Source of the DNA: Opitutia bacterium
GTDB taxonomy: Bacteria > Verrucomicrobiota > Verrucomicrobiia > Opitutales > T3Sed10-336
DNA: 63,997 bases
Assembly (NCBI GenBank): GCA_050506795.1
Contig: JBJHCF010000031.1
Span: 1-63,997 of the forward strand
Direction: 5' to 3'
Below are positions 9,146 to 19,420 of the stretch, piece by piece. Each line of letters starts with the position of its first letter. The stretch's first letter is position 1. The notes beneath the pieces are model-generated. The model searched no databases and was not told where the DNA came from. It saw nothing but the letters and a program-made list of their open reading frames with translations. A program made the translations under genes and the position numbers.

Positions 9146-9267
9146 AATATATGAAATACACGATTTCTTCACTCTTAGTTCTTATCCTTGCCCTTTCGAA
9201 GACAGGCCTTATTAATGGACACTAAAGATCCCAATTTCTGGGTACTCCAAGTGATGTAGATAAAATC

Positions 9268-9786
9268 ATGAAACACTTATTTATTATTTATCTGGTTTGT
9301 TTTTCTACGGCGGCTCAGCTTTTGAGCGGTGCTCCTCAGACGAGTATGACATCATCAGTAAATGAACTTCCCATAGAGAAGTCACATTATCTTGAGATCG
9401 CATATGGGATAGTTGACGAAGATGTCGTCTCGATCACTACCGAAACTGTCGATCAGGTTACTGCTTCATTCCTGGAAAATGCTACGATACTTAGGATTGC
9501 CACATCACCCACAGACAGCGGCGCGTTTGAAGAAGTAGATAGGTATAAACTGGAGTTTCTCCTCACGGAACAGGATGATGGCCGAATTGAAACGCTGGTT
9601 GATTTTCGTTTGACCCAGGAAGGTCGGCATAGGGCAATCAATACGAGGGTACTGCTGAACGAATCCAAATGGTTTGTTCTATCGGGGCTTTCCAGTGTGA
9701 CCTCCGACGCCCCTCCCCTATCCTACATCACCGCATTGCGGATCGTTCCCAGGGAAAACAATTCATCCACAGAAAACTCGGAATAA
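9268..9786 (+). CDS. Hypothetical secreted protein
   Basis: Signal-peptide-like N-terminus MKHLFIIYLVCFSTAA; no family recognised. Confidence 0.6.
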   Translation: MKHLFIIYLVCFSTAAQLLSGAPQTSMTSSVNELPIEKSHYLEIAYGIVDEDVVSITTETVDQVTASFLENATILRIATSPTDSGAFEEVDRYKLEFLLTEQDDGRIETLVDFRLTQEGRHRAINTRVLLNESKWFVLSGLSSVTSDAPPLSYITALRIVPRENNSSTENSE

Positions 9787-9881
9787 CGGCGTCGGATTGC
9801 CGATCGGACGTTGGAGTTAAAACATGACAGATTCCGGGTGCCGATCCGGCGCGTATTACCAATACCGAAACACTGTTTTAA

Positions 9882-10391
9882 ATGCCCGAACACCTTTTTT
9901 TTCGCCAAGGAACCGAAAGTGATCTACCACAGATTACGGAAATATATAATCACTACGTCGTCCACACTGCCATTACGTTCGACATTGAACCCTTCTCTGT
10001 CGAGGATCGGAAGCGCAAATGGTTCGTGAATTACGATTCCGATGGGCCCTACCGACTGTTGGTCGCGATCCTGGGAGACAAGTTGGTCGGGTATGCCACC
10101 AGTAGTCGGTTCAAGGAAAAAGCGGCTTACGCCTCCTCGGTTGAAACGAGCATCTATTTGCGGCCGGATCAGAAACGACAGGGAATCGGCATACAACTGT
10201 ATTCACGCCTGCTCAACCTTCTCAGGTCCTGCGAGGTTCATCGAGCATACGGAGGCATTACACTTCCTAATGAGGCGTCGATTAATTTACATTTAAAGCT
10301 CGGTTTCAAGTCCGTTGGCACCCATAATGAGGTCGGATATAAATTCGGGAGGTACCATAGCGTACAGTGGTTTGAAAAGGCAATAAGATGA
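9882..10391 (+). CDS. GNAT N-acetyltransferase (YncA/phosphinothricin acetyltransferase-like)
   Basis: IYNHYV..TAITFD, VETSIYL, QGIG, PNEASINLH.KLGF..VG..VGYKFG. Confidence 0.9.
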   Translation: MPEHLFFRQGTESDLPQITEIYNHYVVHTAITFDIEPFSVEDRKRKWFVNYDSDGPYRLLVAILGDKLVGYATSSRFKEKAAYASSVETSIYLRPDQKRQGIGIQLYSRLLNLLRSCEVHRAYGGITLPNEASINLHLKLGFKSVGTHNEVGYKFGRYHSVQWFEKAIR

Positions 10392-10461
10392 CCGTCCTCT
10401 CCCCCTTTCTGGTCATTCGGGAACAAGCCGATTTCCAAATGGGCGGCTCGGGCATCCAAAT

Positions 10462-11160
10462 ATGACAGAAACAGGCCGACCGATGAAACAGCATCGTGTG
10501 AATGTTCCTACACAACAGAAATTACACTTTTTCCCCATTATCTTTATAGGTTGGGTCATGTTCATAGGGTGCTATATTATTTCTGAGGTCTTGCAGTGGA
10601 CGGACAAGACACGCGGGTTGACCAGCGCAATTTTTCACGCGATTCCTTACACTTTTGTTTTCGCGATGATTCCTTTTCCCTTAATGGTCCTTATCCTTTC
10701 CATAACACGACGAAGACGTATGAGCCTGATTCGTCGTATTTTGATTGTCACCTCACCGGTTATCGTGATAGGATTCCTAATGGTTGGTGGTTCTATTAAC
10801 TCCGCGTTCAATTCGGAGAGCCGTTTCGCAGCTATGATGGACTACCGGCTGCCAGAAACACCTGTTAATTTTAAGGCCTATCATTCTGGAGGTGGATTCG
10901 CTGATTATCTGGACATGTATTACTTTGAAACGAATCCGGATGAAGTGAAAAAGCTGTTGGATCTACGCCCATACCTTCTTCGAGATCTTCCGATGTCAGG
11001 ATCGCTTCCCATTGGGGGTGTTTCACCGCCACCCGGATGGCCGAATCCAGTGGAATGGGAAGGCTTGAAGGTTTTCGAGTTTCACGAGAGAACCTGGTTC
11101 TACTATATCTTGGTGGATGACAACCAGACCCAAGTGTTTGTCATAGCCGGGTGCATCTAG
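10462..11160 (+). CDS. Hypothetical membrane protein
   Basis: Three N-terminal hydrophobic segments plus a soluble C-terminal domain; start uncertain. Confidence 0.6.
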   Translation: MTETGRPMKQHRVNVPTQQKLHFFPIIFIGWVMFIGCYIISEVLQWTDKTRGLTSAIFHAIPYTFVFAMIPFPLMVLILSITRRRRMSLIRRILIVTSPVIVIGFLMVGGSINSAFNSESRFAAMMDYRLPETPVNFKAYHSGGGFADYLDMYYFETNPDEVKKLLDLRPYLLRDLPMSGSLPIGGVSPPPGWPNPVEWEGLKVFEFHERTWFYYILVDDNQTQVFVIAGCI

Positions 11161-11191
11161 CAATATTCCGTATCTGCTGCTATTATTTGAG

Positions 11192-11575
11192 ATGATCGAG
11201 CTGATCTATCTGGGTTCAATTTCGGCACTCACAGGCGTGATGGGCCTTGCGATCCTCTACCGTCGAATATCACTGCTTACCCGCGGGGCTCAAGCGAGGG
11301 GTGATTTTGTACGTTGGGAAAGTCGCGGCATCCGAACGACCTACTTCCATCCAGTTGTGACCTTCATTGCGCACGACGGAAAACGATATGAGTTTGTTGG
11401 AGGTCCGGGAAGCACAGGGCAAAAGAAACTGGAATACTACCGTGTAATATACCCATTTCGGAACCCGGAAAAGGCGATGGTATTTTCATTCTGGGCGTTC
11501 TGGGCTGCTCCACCGGCATTTTTGATACTATCGGCAGGCGCGGCAATAGCTGCATTTCAGCAATATTCACCATGA
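11192..11575 (+). CDS. DUF3592-like membrane protein
   Basis: TM-[G..V..FHPVVTF..DG..V.Y...NPEKA]-TM layout. Confidence 0.6.
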   Translation: MIELIYLGSISALTGVMGLAILYRRISLLTRGAQARGDFVRWESRGIRTTYFHPVVTFIAHDGKRYEFVGGPGSTGQKKLEYYRVIYPFRNPEKAMVFSFWAFWAAPPAFLILSAGAAIAAFQQYSP

Positions 11576-11635
11576 CCACGTAGATCCGCGAATTAATACT
11601 GACATCGCGTCACGATAAGCAAAAAACCCCGACAA

Positions 11636-11682
11636 GAAACGAAAAACCCTCCAAGCCGAAGGCCTGGAGGGTTTTTCGTTTC
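11636..11682. terminator. Bidirectional intrinsic terminator
   Basis: GAAACGAAAAACCCTCCA..TGGAGGGTTTTTCGTTTC 18-bp inverted repeat between convergent genes. Confidence 0.75.
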
Positions 11683-11740
11683 CTCAAATAACTCGAACCA
11701 AGGATACAATCCTCATTGCGGGTTCGGAGATCTTTCAAGA

Positions 11741-12442
11741 TCACTTCCCCTGGCCATAGTATGCACCCGGCCCGTGTTTGCGCAGGAAATGCTTCCGCAG
11801 GAGGGCATCGGGGAGCGTCGGAGCCTGAGGGTTGAGTTGGAGGGCCTGGAGCGCCATTTGGGCGACGATCTCCAGGGCCTGGGCGGTCTCCACCGCTTTG
11901 GCGCCGGAGGAACCCCAGGCGAAAGGACCGTGATTGCGAACGAGCACGGCGGGAACGTGCAGCGGATCGAGGTCCTGGAATCGTTCCACAATCACGTTGC
12001 CGGTTTCCCATTCGTAGGCGGTTTCAATCTCCTCCGGCGTCATATCGCGGGTCACGGGCACCGGACCGAAAAAGTAATCGGCATGAGTGGTTCCAAGGGC
12101 GGGAATATCCCGGGCCGCCTGGGCGAAGGAGACCGCAAAGCGTGAATGGGTGTGCACGACCGACCGTACGCCGGGAAAGGCCTGAAATAGGCGCCGGTGG
12201 GTGGGTGTGTCGGAAGAGGGACGCAGTTCTCCTTCGACCAGGGTTCCCTCCAGGTCGAGCACCACCATATCGGCCGGTTTCAGGTCGGGATACGGAACCC
12301 CGCTCGGTTTGATGGCAAAAACGGCGGCATCGGGATCGAAGACACTGACATTGCCAAAGGTCAAATCCACCAGGCCGGTGGCCGGAAGCAGCCGATTTGC
12401 CTCGCAGCATTCCTCCTGAATCGCTTGATAGCGGCTCATCAT
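11741..12442 (-). CDS. araD: L-ribulose-5-phosphate 4-epimerase
   Basis: TFGNVS, IKPSGV, PSSDTPTH, VHTHS, GTTHADYF, HGPF, RKHG..AYYGQ. Confidence 0.95.
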   Translation of the reverse strand: MMSRYQAIQEECCEANRLLPATGLVDLTFGNVSVFDPDAAVFAIKPSGVPYPDLKPADMVVLDLEGTLVEGELRPSSDTPTHRRLFQAFPGVRSVVHTHSRFAVSFAQAARDIPALGTTHADYFFGPVPVTRDMTPEEIETAYEWETGNVIVERFQDLDPLHVPAVLVRNHGPFAWGSSGAKAVETAQALEIVAQMALQALQLNPQAPTLPDALLRKHFLRKHGPGAYYGQGK

Positions 12443-12453
12443 ATCCCTCCGTT

Positions 12454-13971
12454 TCAGGTGTGCCCCAGCCCGTGCGCCAGTTGATGGTAGAGGTCGTTCC
12501 AGCGCAATTCCTTCTTGAACGAGCGAAGTTTGGTCTCGTCGTCAATCAGGAGAAACTCGATGCCTGCCATTTCCGTGAAGTCCTCCATGTGTTGAGCATC
12601 GAGCGCCCGGGTATATCCGGTATGGTGGGCTCCTCCGGCCAGCAACCAGGCGGACGTTGCGGTGGAGAAATCGGGATGCGGTTTCCAGATGACCCGCGCC
12701 ACCGGCAGTTTGGGCAGCGGAGCGTCCGGCGCCACCGCGTCAACCGTGTTCACGATCATACGAAAGCGGTTGCCCAGATCGACCAGGCTGGCATTGAGCG
12801 CCGGGCCGGCGGGGGAGTCGAAGACCAGGCGGACCGGGTCTTCCTTGCCGCCGATGCCGAGCGGATGAATTTCCAGTGAAGGCTGGCCGTCGGCGATGGA
12901 GGGACAAATCTCCAGCATGTGGGAGCCCAGCACCTTCTGATCACCCGCCGCAAGGTGGTAGGTGTAGTCCTCCATAAAGGAGACACCCTCGGGTAATCCA
13001 TCGGCCATCACCTTCATGGCACGGAGAAGGGCGCAGGTTTTCCAGTCGCCCTCCGCTCCGAAACCGTACCCATCTGCCATAAGCCGCTGCACGGCAAGGC
13101 CCGGCAGTTGTTTCAATCCGTGGAGATCCTCGAAAGTGGTGGTGAATCCCTTGAATCCTCCCTCCTCCAGGAAGGCGCGCAGCCCGAGCTCGATGCGGGC
13201 GCCATCGCGGAGAGACTCGTGCCGGTCGCCGCCCTTGCGCAACGCGTCGGCCACCCGGTAGGAGTCTTCGTATTCCTTGACCAGGCCGTCGATTTCACCA
13301 TCGCCAACAGCATCGACCCTGGCGACCAGGTCACCCACTCCGTATCCATTGACGGAGAAGCCAAAACGAATCTCGGCGCTTACCTTGTCACCGTCGGTGA
13401 CGGCGACATTGCGCATGTTGTCGCCAAAACGCGCGATTTTCGCGCCCTGCCAGTCGTGCCAGCCGCGCGCGGCCCGCATCCAGCCGGCCAGCCCCTGCCG
13501 GACGGATTCGTCCTCCCAATGTCCGGCCACGATCCGTCGGTCGAGCCGCATCCGCGAATTGATAAACCCGAACTCGCGATCGCCGTGGGCGGCCTGGTTC
13601 AGGTTCATGAAATCCATATCGATATCCGCCCAGGGAAGGTTCCGGTTGAACTGGGTGTGCAGATGCACAAAAGGTTTGGTCAAACGGGACAGCGCTCCGA
13701 TCCACATTTTGGCCGGCGAAAAAGTATGCATCCAGGTGATCAGGCCCGCACATTCCCGGGCCGAACTCGCCTCAACGGCGATATCCCGCATGGCTTCAGC
13801 GGTGGTGGCCACCGATTTAAACACAATCTTCAGCGGAAGTTTCCCCGAGCCGTTTAGCCCGTCGACGATTGCCTTCGAATTATCGGCGACCTGGCGCAGG
13901 GTCTCGTCCCCATAAAGGTGCTGGCTGCCGGTGACGAACCAGATTTCGACATTGGGTGCTGTTAGTTTCAT
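12454..13971 (-). CDS. araA: L-arabinose isomerase
   Basis: [58 protein letters not shown]. Confidence 0.97.
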   Translation of the reverse strand: MKLTAPNVEIWFVTGSQHLYGDETLRQVADNSKAIVDGLNGSGKLPLKIVFKSVATTAEAMRDIAVEASSARECAGLITWMHTFSPAKMWIGALSRLTKPFVHLHTQFNRNLPWADIDMDFMNLNQAAHGDREFGFINSRMRLDRRIVAGHWEDESVRQGLAGWMRAARGWHDWQGAKIARFGDNMRNVAVTDGDKVSAEIRFGFSVNGYGVGDLVARVDAVGDGEIDGLVKEYEDSYRVADALRKGGDRHESLRDGARIELGLRAFLEEGGFKGFTTTFEDLHGLKQLPGLAVQRLMADGYGFGAEGDWKTCALLRAMKVMADGLPEGVSFMEDYTYHLAAGDQKVLGSHMLEICPSIADGQPSLEIHPLGIGGKEDPVRLVFDSPAGPALNASLVDLGNRFRMIVNTVDAVAPDAPLPKLPVARVIWKPHPDFSTATSAWLLAGGAHHTGYTRALDAQHMEDFTEMAGIEFLLIDDETKLRSFKKELRWNDLYHQLAHGLGHT

Positions 13972-14161
13972 ATATGGATAATTTCTAGACGTTGATTCTG
14001 TCGTTATGGAATCCGAAAAAGAACATAAACCTCCCGCGAGATGACAACTCGGCCCGGATTGCGAAGTATCGCATTATTCGCACACGATTTTGAGGAGTCC
14101 CTTGTGATCGCGTTATTTGATCCGGTCTGAAAGAACCGTGTTATTCCCGATCCGGCTCAGA

Positions 14162-15844
14162 TCAGCCGCGGCTACGCGCCGTCTCCTTGATGGCAAGCAG
14201 GTCTTTCATCACCCGGCCCAGATCCGGTCGATCCACTCCCCCAAACGCGTCGTGAATTTTTCGATACAATGCGTACAGCCGATCGTAAACCGCACGCGCC
14301 TTGGGATCCGGTTTGTAGGAGACCTCCTTTAACCCGCCCATGGCTTTTTGAGCTGTGGCAAAATCGGCATGGCCGCCCTTATCCTTTCCGGCCACCACCG
14401 CCGCGCCGATGGCCGCGCCGAGGGCGCAGGCCTGATCGGATTTGGCCACCCGCATCTCACGTCCGGTGACATCGGCGTAGATCTGCATCAGGAGCGGATT
14501 CTTTTCCGCGATTCCCCCGGCGCAAACAATCCGCTTTACCGGATCGCCGTACTCCTCGATTCGTTCAAGGATCGCACGGCCACCAAACGCGGTGGCCTCG
14601 ATAAGGGCGCGATAGATTTCGGCCCGGCTGGTGTGCAGGGTCTGCCCCAGCAGGAGACCGGTAAGACGCTGATCGACCAGGATGGTGCGGTTGCCGTTAT
14701 TCCAGTCCAGCGCCAGCAGCCCGGTCTCGCCCGGAGCCAGGTCGGCCGCCTCGCGAGTCAGTTCCTCGTGCAGGGAACCTTCGCCCCGGCAAACGCCTTC
14801 AACCCACCACTTAAAAATGTCGCCGACGGCGGACTGACCCGCTTCGATTCCGTAATACCCGGGGAGGATGGCACCTTTGACAATGCCACAGATCCCGGGA
14901 ATGTCCTGCACCTCGCGTCCGGCCGATACCACGGTGCAATCGCAGGTTGAGGTGCCGATGACTTTGACCAGAACCCCTTCGTCAACCATGCAGGCAATGG
15001 CGCCGTAATGCACATCGAACTCTCCCATGGCGATGGGAATGCCGGCCTTCAGTCCCAATTTTTCGGCCCAGGCCGGGCAAAGCTCACCCGCGGGCACGGA
15101 GACATCGAAAGCCTCGTCGTAAAGCCGATCGCGCAGGTCCGCCAGTTTCGGATCGAGCAGGCTCAAAAACTCCTTATCCGGCAAACCACCCCAGTCCTCG
15201 GCGTAAAAGGCCTTGTGACCTGCGGCGCAGACGCACCGCTTCACCTCTTCGGGACGCTTCACGCCGGCCAGCACGGCCGGGAGCCAGTCGGCCAATTCGA
15301 CCCAGGAATGGGCGGCGTCGAACACGTCGGGCGCGGTGCGCAGGCAATGCCAGATTTTACTCCAGAACCATTCCGAAGAATAGGTGTTGCCGCACTTGGC
15401 CACGTACTGGGGACGGTGTTCCCGGGCCAATTCGGTAATACGGCCGGCTTCCTCATGACTGGTGTGATCCTTCCACAACCAACACTGAGCGGCCAGGTTG
15501 TCACTGAACTCGGGCTTGAGCGCCAGCGGCTGGTTGGAGGCGTCCACCGGGATGGGACTCGAACCGGTGCTGTCGACTCCAATCCCGATCACCTGATCCG
15601 GGGAAAAAGAGGGATCCCGCTTGGCGGCCGCTTCGAGCGCGCCACGGGTGGCTTTCTCGAGGCAGTGTAGATAATCGCCCGGGTGCTGGCGTGCCAGATG
15701 CGCATCGCCGGGATCCACCAGTATGCCCTGCTGCCCGCTCGGGTAATTGACCACACAGGATGCAAGTTCTTCTCCGTCCTCGCAGCGCACCAAAAGTGCT
15801 CGTGCCGAATTGGTTCCGTAATCAAGGCCAAGTGTGAATGCCAT
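14162..15844 (-). CDS. araB: Ribulokinase
   Basis: LGLDYGTNSAR, LWKDHT, YSSEWFWSK, CAAGHKA, IGTSTCD, LDWNNGNRT. Confidence 0.95.
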   Translation of the reverse strand: MAFTLGLDYGTNSARALLVRCEDGEELASCVVNYPSGQQGILVDPGDAHLARQHPGDYLHCLEKATRGALEAAAKRDPSFSPDQVIGIGVDSTGSSPIPVDASNQPLALKPEFSDNLAAQCWLWKDHTSHEEAGRITELAREHRPQYVAKCGNTYSSEWFWSKIWHCLRTAPDVFDAAHSWVELADWLPAVLAGVKRPEEVKRCVCAAGHKAFYAEDWGGLPDKEFLSLLDPKLADLRDRLYDEAFDVSVPAGELCPAWAEKLGLKAGIPIAMGEFDVHYGAIACMVDEGVLVKVIGTSTCDCTVVSAGREVQDIPGICGIVKGAILPGYYGIEAGQSAVGDIFKWWVEGVCRGEGSLHEELTREAADLAPGETGLLALDWNNGNRTILVDQRLTGLLLGQTLHTSRAEIYRALIEATAFGGRAILERIEEYGDPVKRIVCAGGIAEKNPLLMQIYADVTGREMRVAKSDQACALGAAIGAAVVAGKDKGGHADFATAQKAMGGLKEVSYKPDPKARAVYDRLYALYRKIHDAFGGVDRPDLGRVMKDLLAIKETARSRG

Positions 15845-15907
15845 ACATTTCATTTTGCACGGCATTTACTACTGGAAAAGCGGCCGGTAGTGTGACAGTA
15901 AAACCCT

Positions 15908-16954
15908 ATGAACCGCCCAAGCATGGCCGACATAGCCCGAGCGGAAAACGTGTCCAAGAACACGGTCTCGCTCGCATTGCGCAACGACCCCCGCATTCCG
16001 GAAGCGACCCGCCGCCGCATTGAAAAGGCGGCGGAGAAGCTGGGCTACCGTCGCAACGCGGTGATCGGCGAGTTGATGGCCCACATCCGGAAGAGCCGCA
16101 CCGCCGGTTTCCAGGCCACCCTCGCCCTGGTCAATGCCAACGAGGACGCCCGGGCGTTAACTCAGCACCCGACAATTCCCGCTTACATGGAAGGCGCCCA
16201 GCGACGGGCGGAGGAACTCGGCTACCGCCTCGACCCGTTCTGGATGCATGATCCGGAGTTGAACGGGCAGAGTATGGTGCGAATTCTGCGCGCCCGGGGA
16301 ATCCGCGGCGCGCTTATCGTCGGGTTGATGAATCAGAACCGCCTGCCGGAGAGTTTTCTTCCGGTGGTGGAAAACTTTCCCTGTGTGGTGGCCGGCGTGC
16401 GGACCAGGGAACCCGCCCTGTCCTTCGCCTGTGTCGATCATCACATGCTGACTCTGCGAGCCTTTGAAAAGGCCATTGAACTCGGCTACGAACGCCCCGG
16501 TCTGGTGTTGGACGAGGTAATCGACAATCTGGTGGCGGGCCGGTTCTCCGCCGGGTATTTCATTTCCCAGCAGGACATCCCCCCCAGCCAACGGCTGCGG
16601 CCTTTTTATCAAGTCGACGCGGCGCGAAAGGACCCCACCCTGTTCCACCAATGGCTGAAGGATGAAAAGCCCGACGTGATTTTCACCCTCTACAACGTCG
16701 TTCGTTACTGGCTGCGGGACGCCGGCTTGAAAGTGCCCGACGATATCGGGCTTATCCAGCTGGAGTGGCGGAAAAATCGTCCCGAATTCGCCGGCATGAA
16801 CCAGCACAACGACATCGTCGGTGAGGCGGCGGTGGAAATGCTCGGAAGTCTGATCCACAACCGTGAATTCGGTCCGCCCGCTTTTCCACGGGCGACGCTG
16901 ATCGGCAGTTCCTGGGTCGACGGGAGCACCGTGCGTGCGCCGGCCCCGGTCTGA
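15908..16954 (+). CDS. LacI-family transcriptional regulator (probable ara regulator)
   Basis: SMADIARAENVSKNTVSLALRNDPRI..TR.RI..A..LGY; divergent from araB. Confidence 0.9.
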   Translation: MNRPSMADIARAENVSKNTVSLALRNDPRIPEATRRRIEKAAEKLGYRRNAVIGELMAHIRKSRTAGFQATLALVNANEDARALTQHPTIPAYMEGAQRRAEELGYRLDPFWMHDPELNGQSMVRILRARGIRGALIVGLMNQNRLPESFLPVVENFPCVVAGVRTREPALSFACVDHHMLTLRAFEKAIELGYERPGLVLDEVIDNLVAGRFSAGYFISQQDIPPSQRLRPFYQVDAARKDPTLFHQWLKDEKPDVIFTLYNVVRYWLRDAGLKVPDDIGLIQLEWRKNRPEFAGMNQHNDIVGEAAVEMLGSLIHNREFGPPAFPRATLIGSSWVDGSTVRAPAPV

Positions 16955-17197
16955 GGACCGCCGCCCCGGAGGGGGTCCGCCATCGGACCTTGCCTTCAAA
17001 TCTATCGATTCTTTGCAAACTCCGCTTTTAGATTCTAACACGCTCGTCAGGCGGGCGGCAGCGGGCGAACTGAAAGGGACTCCCGACCCCCGTCCGGATT
17101 TACTGTTTACTTCCCCTCGGATCTGTCCAAGCCTGATGATGGGATGGGTTCGCCAACGCTGGACGAACCCCGCTTCGCAAATGAAAGATACTGAACT

Positions 17198-18085
17198 ATG
17201 AGTCGAATAGCCTTGGAATTCGTTCCGCCCAATCTGGCAGATGGGCGGGAAAGAGCCATTGAGGATGCGTGCAAAGTGCGCGATCTCTCCCGCGAGTGCG
17301 GAATGGAAGGTAAAATAGATCACCTGATGATCCCGGGAATGATCGTCGAGGACGACGATCGCCCGGTCGAGATGAAGCCCAAAATGGATCCGCTGGAAAC
17401 CTGGAATGCGGCCTCGCCGGAACTTCCCGGCATGCGTGGCCTTTGCACCCAGGTCACCGCGTTCCTGGACGAGAAAGCCCTGGCTGAACGGTTTCGCGAC
17501 CTGCGTTCCGCCGGCATGGACGGCATCATTTTTGTGGGCGTTCCCCGCACCATGGCCGACGGCGAAGGCTCCGGCGTGGCGCCGACGGACGCACTGGCCC
17601 AATTTCGCGAGGAGGTGCCGAATCGCGGAGTCATCCTGATTCCCACTCGGCAGGACGAAGTCGGTCGGTTCAATTTCAAGTGCGAGCGGGGCGCCACGTT
17701 TGGCATGACCCAGCTCCTATACTCCGACTACATCGTCAAATTCCTCAAGGATTTCGCCGCCACACATCCGCATCGGCCGGAACTCCTGGTCTCGTTCGGC
17801 TTTGTGCCCAAGCTGGAGCAAAAGTTGCGTCTGATTCGCTGGCTCATCCAGGACCCGGGAAATCCACTGGTCGATGAGGAGCAGAAATTCGTGACCCGCC
17901 TCTCGGAAATAAGCTTTAAGGAGAAAAAACAGGCCCTGCTCGACCTGTACAAGCGGGTGGTTGACGGCGCCGGCGAGCTCGGCTTCCCGCTTAGCATCCA
18001 CCTGGAAGCCCCCTACGGCTTCACCCGTCCGGCATTCGAAACCTTCGCCACAATGCTGGACTACTGGGAACCGCCGAAGGGTTGA
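17198..18085 (+). CDS. Mycobacterial-type (flavin-independent) methylenetetrahydrofolate reductase
   Basis: IALEFVPPN, PGMIVEDDDRP, GLCTQVTAF, FVGVPRTM.DGEGSGVAPTDAL, GMTQLLYSD, WLIQDPGN, SIHLEAPYG; recalled close similarity to the Rv2172c family. Confidence 0.85.
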   Translation: MSRIALEFVPPNLADGRERAIEDACKVRDLSRECGMEGKIDHLMIPGMIVEDDDRPVEMKPKMDPLETWNAASPELPGMRGLCTQVTAFLDEKALAERFRDLRSAGMDGIIFVGVPRTMADGEGSGVAPTDALAQFREEVPNRGVILIPTRQDEVGRFNFKCERGATFGMTQLLYSDYIVKFLKDFAATHPHRPELLVSFGFVPKLEQKLRLIRWLIQDPGNPLVDEEQKFVTRLSEISFKEKKQALLDLYKRVVDGAGELGFPLSIHLEAPYGFTRPAFETFATMLDYWEPPKG

Positions 18086-18103
18086 GGAGAGTTCCGGCTT
18101 GAT

Positions 18104-18120
18104 TGTTACCTTGCTGTAAC
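18104..18120 (+). promoter_or_regulatory. Pho-box-like direct repeat
   Basis: TGTTAC-CTTGC-TGTAAC with 11-bp period, upstream of the Na/Pi cotransporter-phoU pair. Confidence 0.55.
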
Positions 18121-18226
18121 GAAAAAGCTTGCGTCGAATGGAGTCAGCGGGGAAACGGTGAAAGCCACGCTCCCGTTGGTCTCCTTCACAACCCATCCGG
18201 AGCGCTTAGGATAAGATCGCGTCGGC

Positions 18227-19408
18227 ATGTCGAAGCAAACACCAGAACCTGATCACGGATCCTCCCACGGCAACCTTTCTTTCGGGATGCCCCAGGAAAG
18301 CGCCCCGCCCCCGGCTCTGCCGCCAAGAGTTCTTTTCTGGCTGAAAGTCGCGGGCATTGTGGCCGCTCTCTATTTCTTCATCGTCGGGGTGGGCGGCATG
18401 GGACATGCCTTCAAGCTTTTCGGGGTCGAGTTTGCGGAAAGGATTCTGACCGCCACGGCCAATCCATTTACCGGCCTGTTTATCGGAATCCTGGCCACCT
18501 CGCTGGTGCAAAGCTCCTCCACCTCGACCTCGATCATAGTGGGGATGGTGGCCGGAGGCGCTCTCTCGGTCGAGGGCGCCGTTTTCATGATCATGGGCGC
18601 CAATGTCGGCACCTCGATCACCAGCCTGCTGGTCTCCCTGGGCCACATTCATCGCCCCCAGGAGTTGCGAAGAGCCTTTTCGGCCGCGTCGGTTCACTGT
18701 TTCTTCAACCTGACCTGCGTCGCCATCCTCTTTCCGATCGAGATGGCCACCGGCTTTCTCGGTCGGACGGCCAAGGTCTGCGCCGACGCGTTCGCCGGAA
18801 TGGGCGGGATGCGATTGAGCAATCCTCTCAAAGCGGTTACGGAACCGTCCATCGAAGCCATCGCCTGGTTGGTCCAGGGTCACCCGATCATCATGCTGGT
18901 GGTGACGATCGCGCTCACCTACGGCATGCTTATCGCGATCGTCAAGCTGCTGCGCAGCCTGGTGCTGAAGAAACTGGAGTATTTCTTCGATACCCTTCTC
19001 TTCAAAACCTGGCAGAGAGCGATGCTTTTCGGTCTGTTGCTCACCTTCGCGGTGCAGACCAGTTCGGTGCCCACCGCTCTGGTGGTGCCTCTTGCCGGAG
19101 CCGGGGTCCTGCGTTTGATCCAGGTTTATCCTTTCTGCCTGGGCGCCAACATGGGCACCACCATGACCGCGATGCTGGCGGCTCTGGCCACGGGGCATCC
19201 CGCCGCGGTAGTCGCGGCATTTGCGCACCTGCTGTTCAACATCATTGGGATCGTTATGATCTGGACCATTCCCGCCATACGGGTAATTCCGCTGCGGGTG
19301 GCGGAGAAAATGGGCGATCTGGCATTTCGCAACCGGCTGGTGCCGGTCGTCGCTTTGGCGCTGATTTATTTCATTATTCCCGCACTCGTGTTACTAATAG
19401 TCCGTTAG
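18227..19408 (+). CDS. Na+/phosphate cotransporter family protein (NptA-like)
   Basis: GILATSLVQSSSTSTS, MGANVGTSIT, second repeat VQTSSV..LGANMGTT, AHLLFNI. Confidence 0.92.
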   Translation: MSKQTPEPDHGSSHGNLSFGMPQESAPPPALPPRVLFWLKVAGIVAALYFFIVGVGGMGHAFKLFGVEFAERILTATANPFTGLFIGILATSLVQSSSTSTSIIVGMVAGGALSVEGAVFMIMGANVGTSITSLLVSLGHIHRPQELRRAFSAASVHCFFNLTCVAILFPIEMATGFLGRTAKVCADAFAGMGGMRLSNPLKAVTEPSIEAIAWLVQGHPIIMLVVTIALTYGMLIAIVKLLRSLVLKKLEYFFDTLLFKTWQRAMLFGLLLTFAVQTSSVPTALVVPLAGAGVLRLIQVYPFCLGANMGTTMTAMLAALATGHPAAVVAAFAHLLFNIIGIVMIWTIPAIRVIPLRVAEKMGDLAFRNRLVPVVALALIYFIIPALVLLIVR

Positions 19409-19420
19409 GAGGAACCTTTC

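Noticed and set aside
11683..11735. tRNA fragment or att site beside the terminator (GGTTCGAG on the minus strand)
   Set aside because: No cloverleaf or CCA end can be built; only short hairpins.
14102..14118. LacI operator TTGTGATCGCGTTATT upstream of araA
   Set aside because: Only weakly palindromic and no second copy was seen near araB or the LacI gene.
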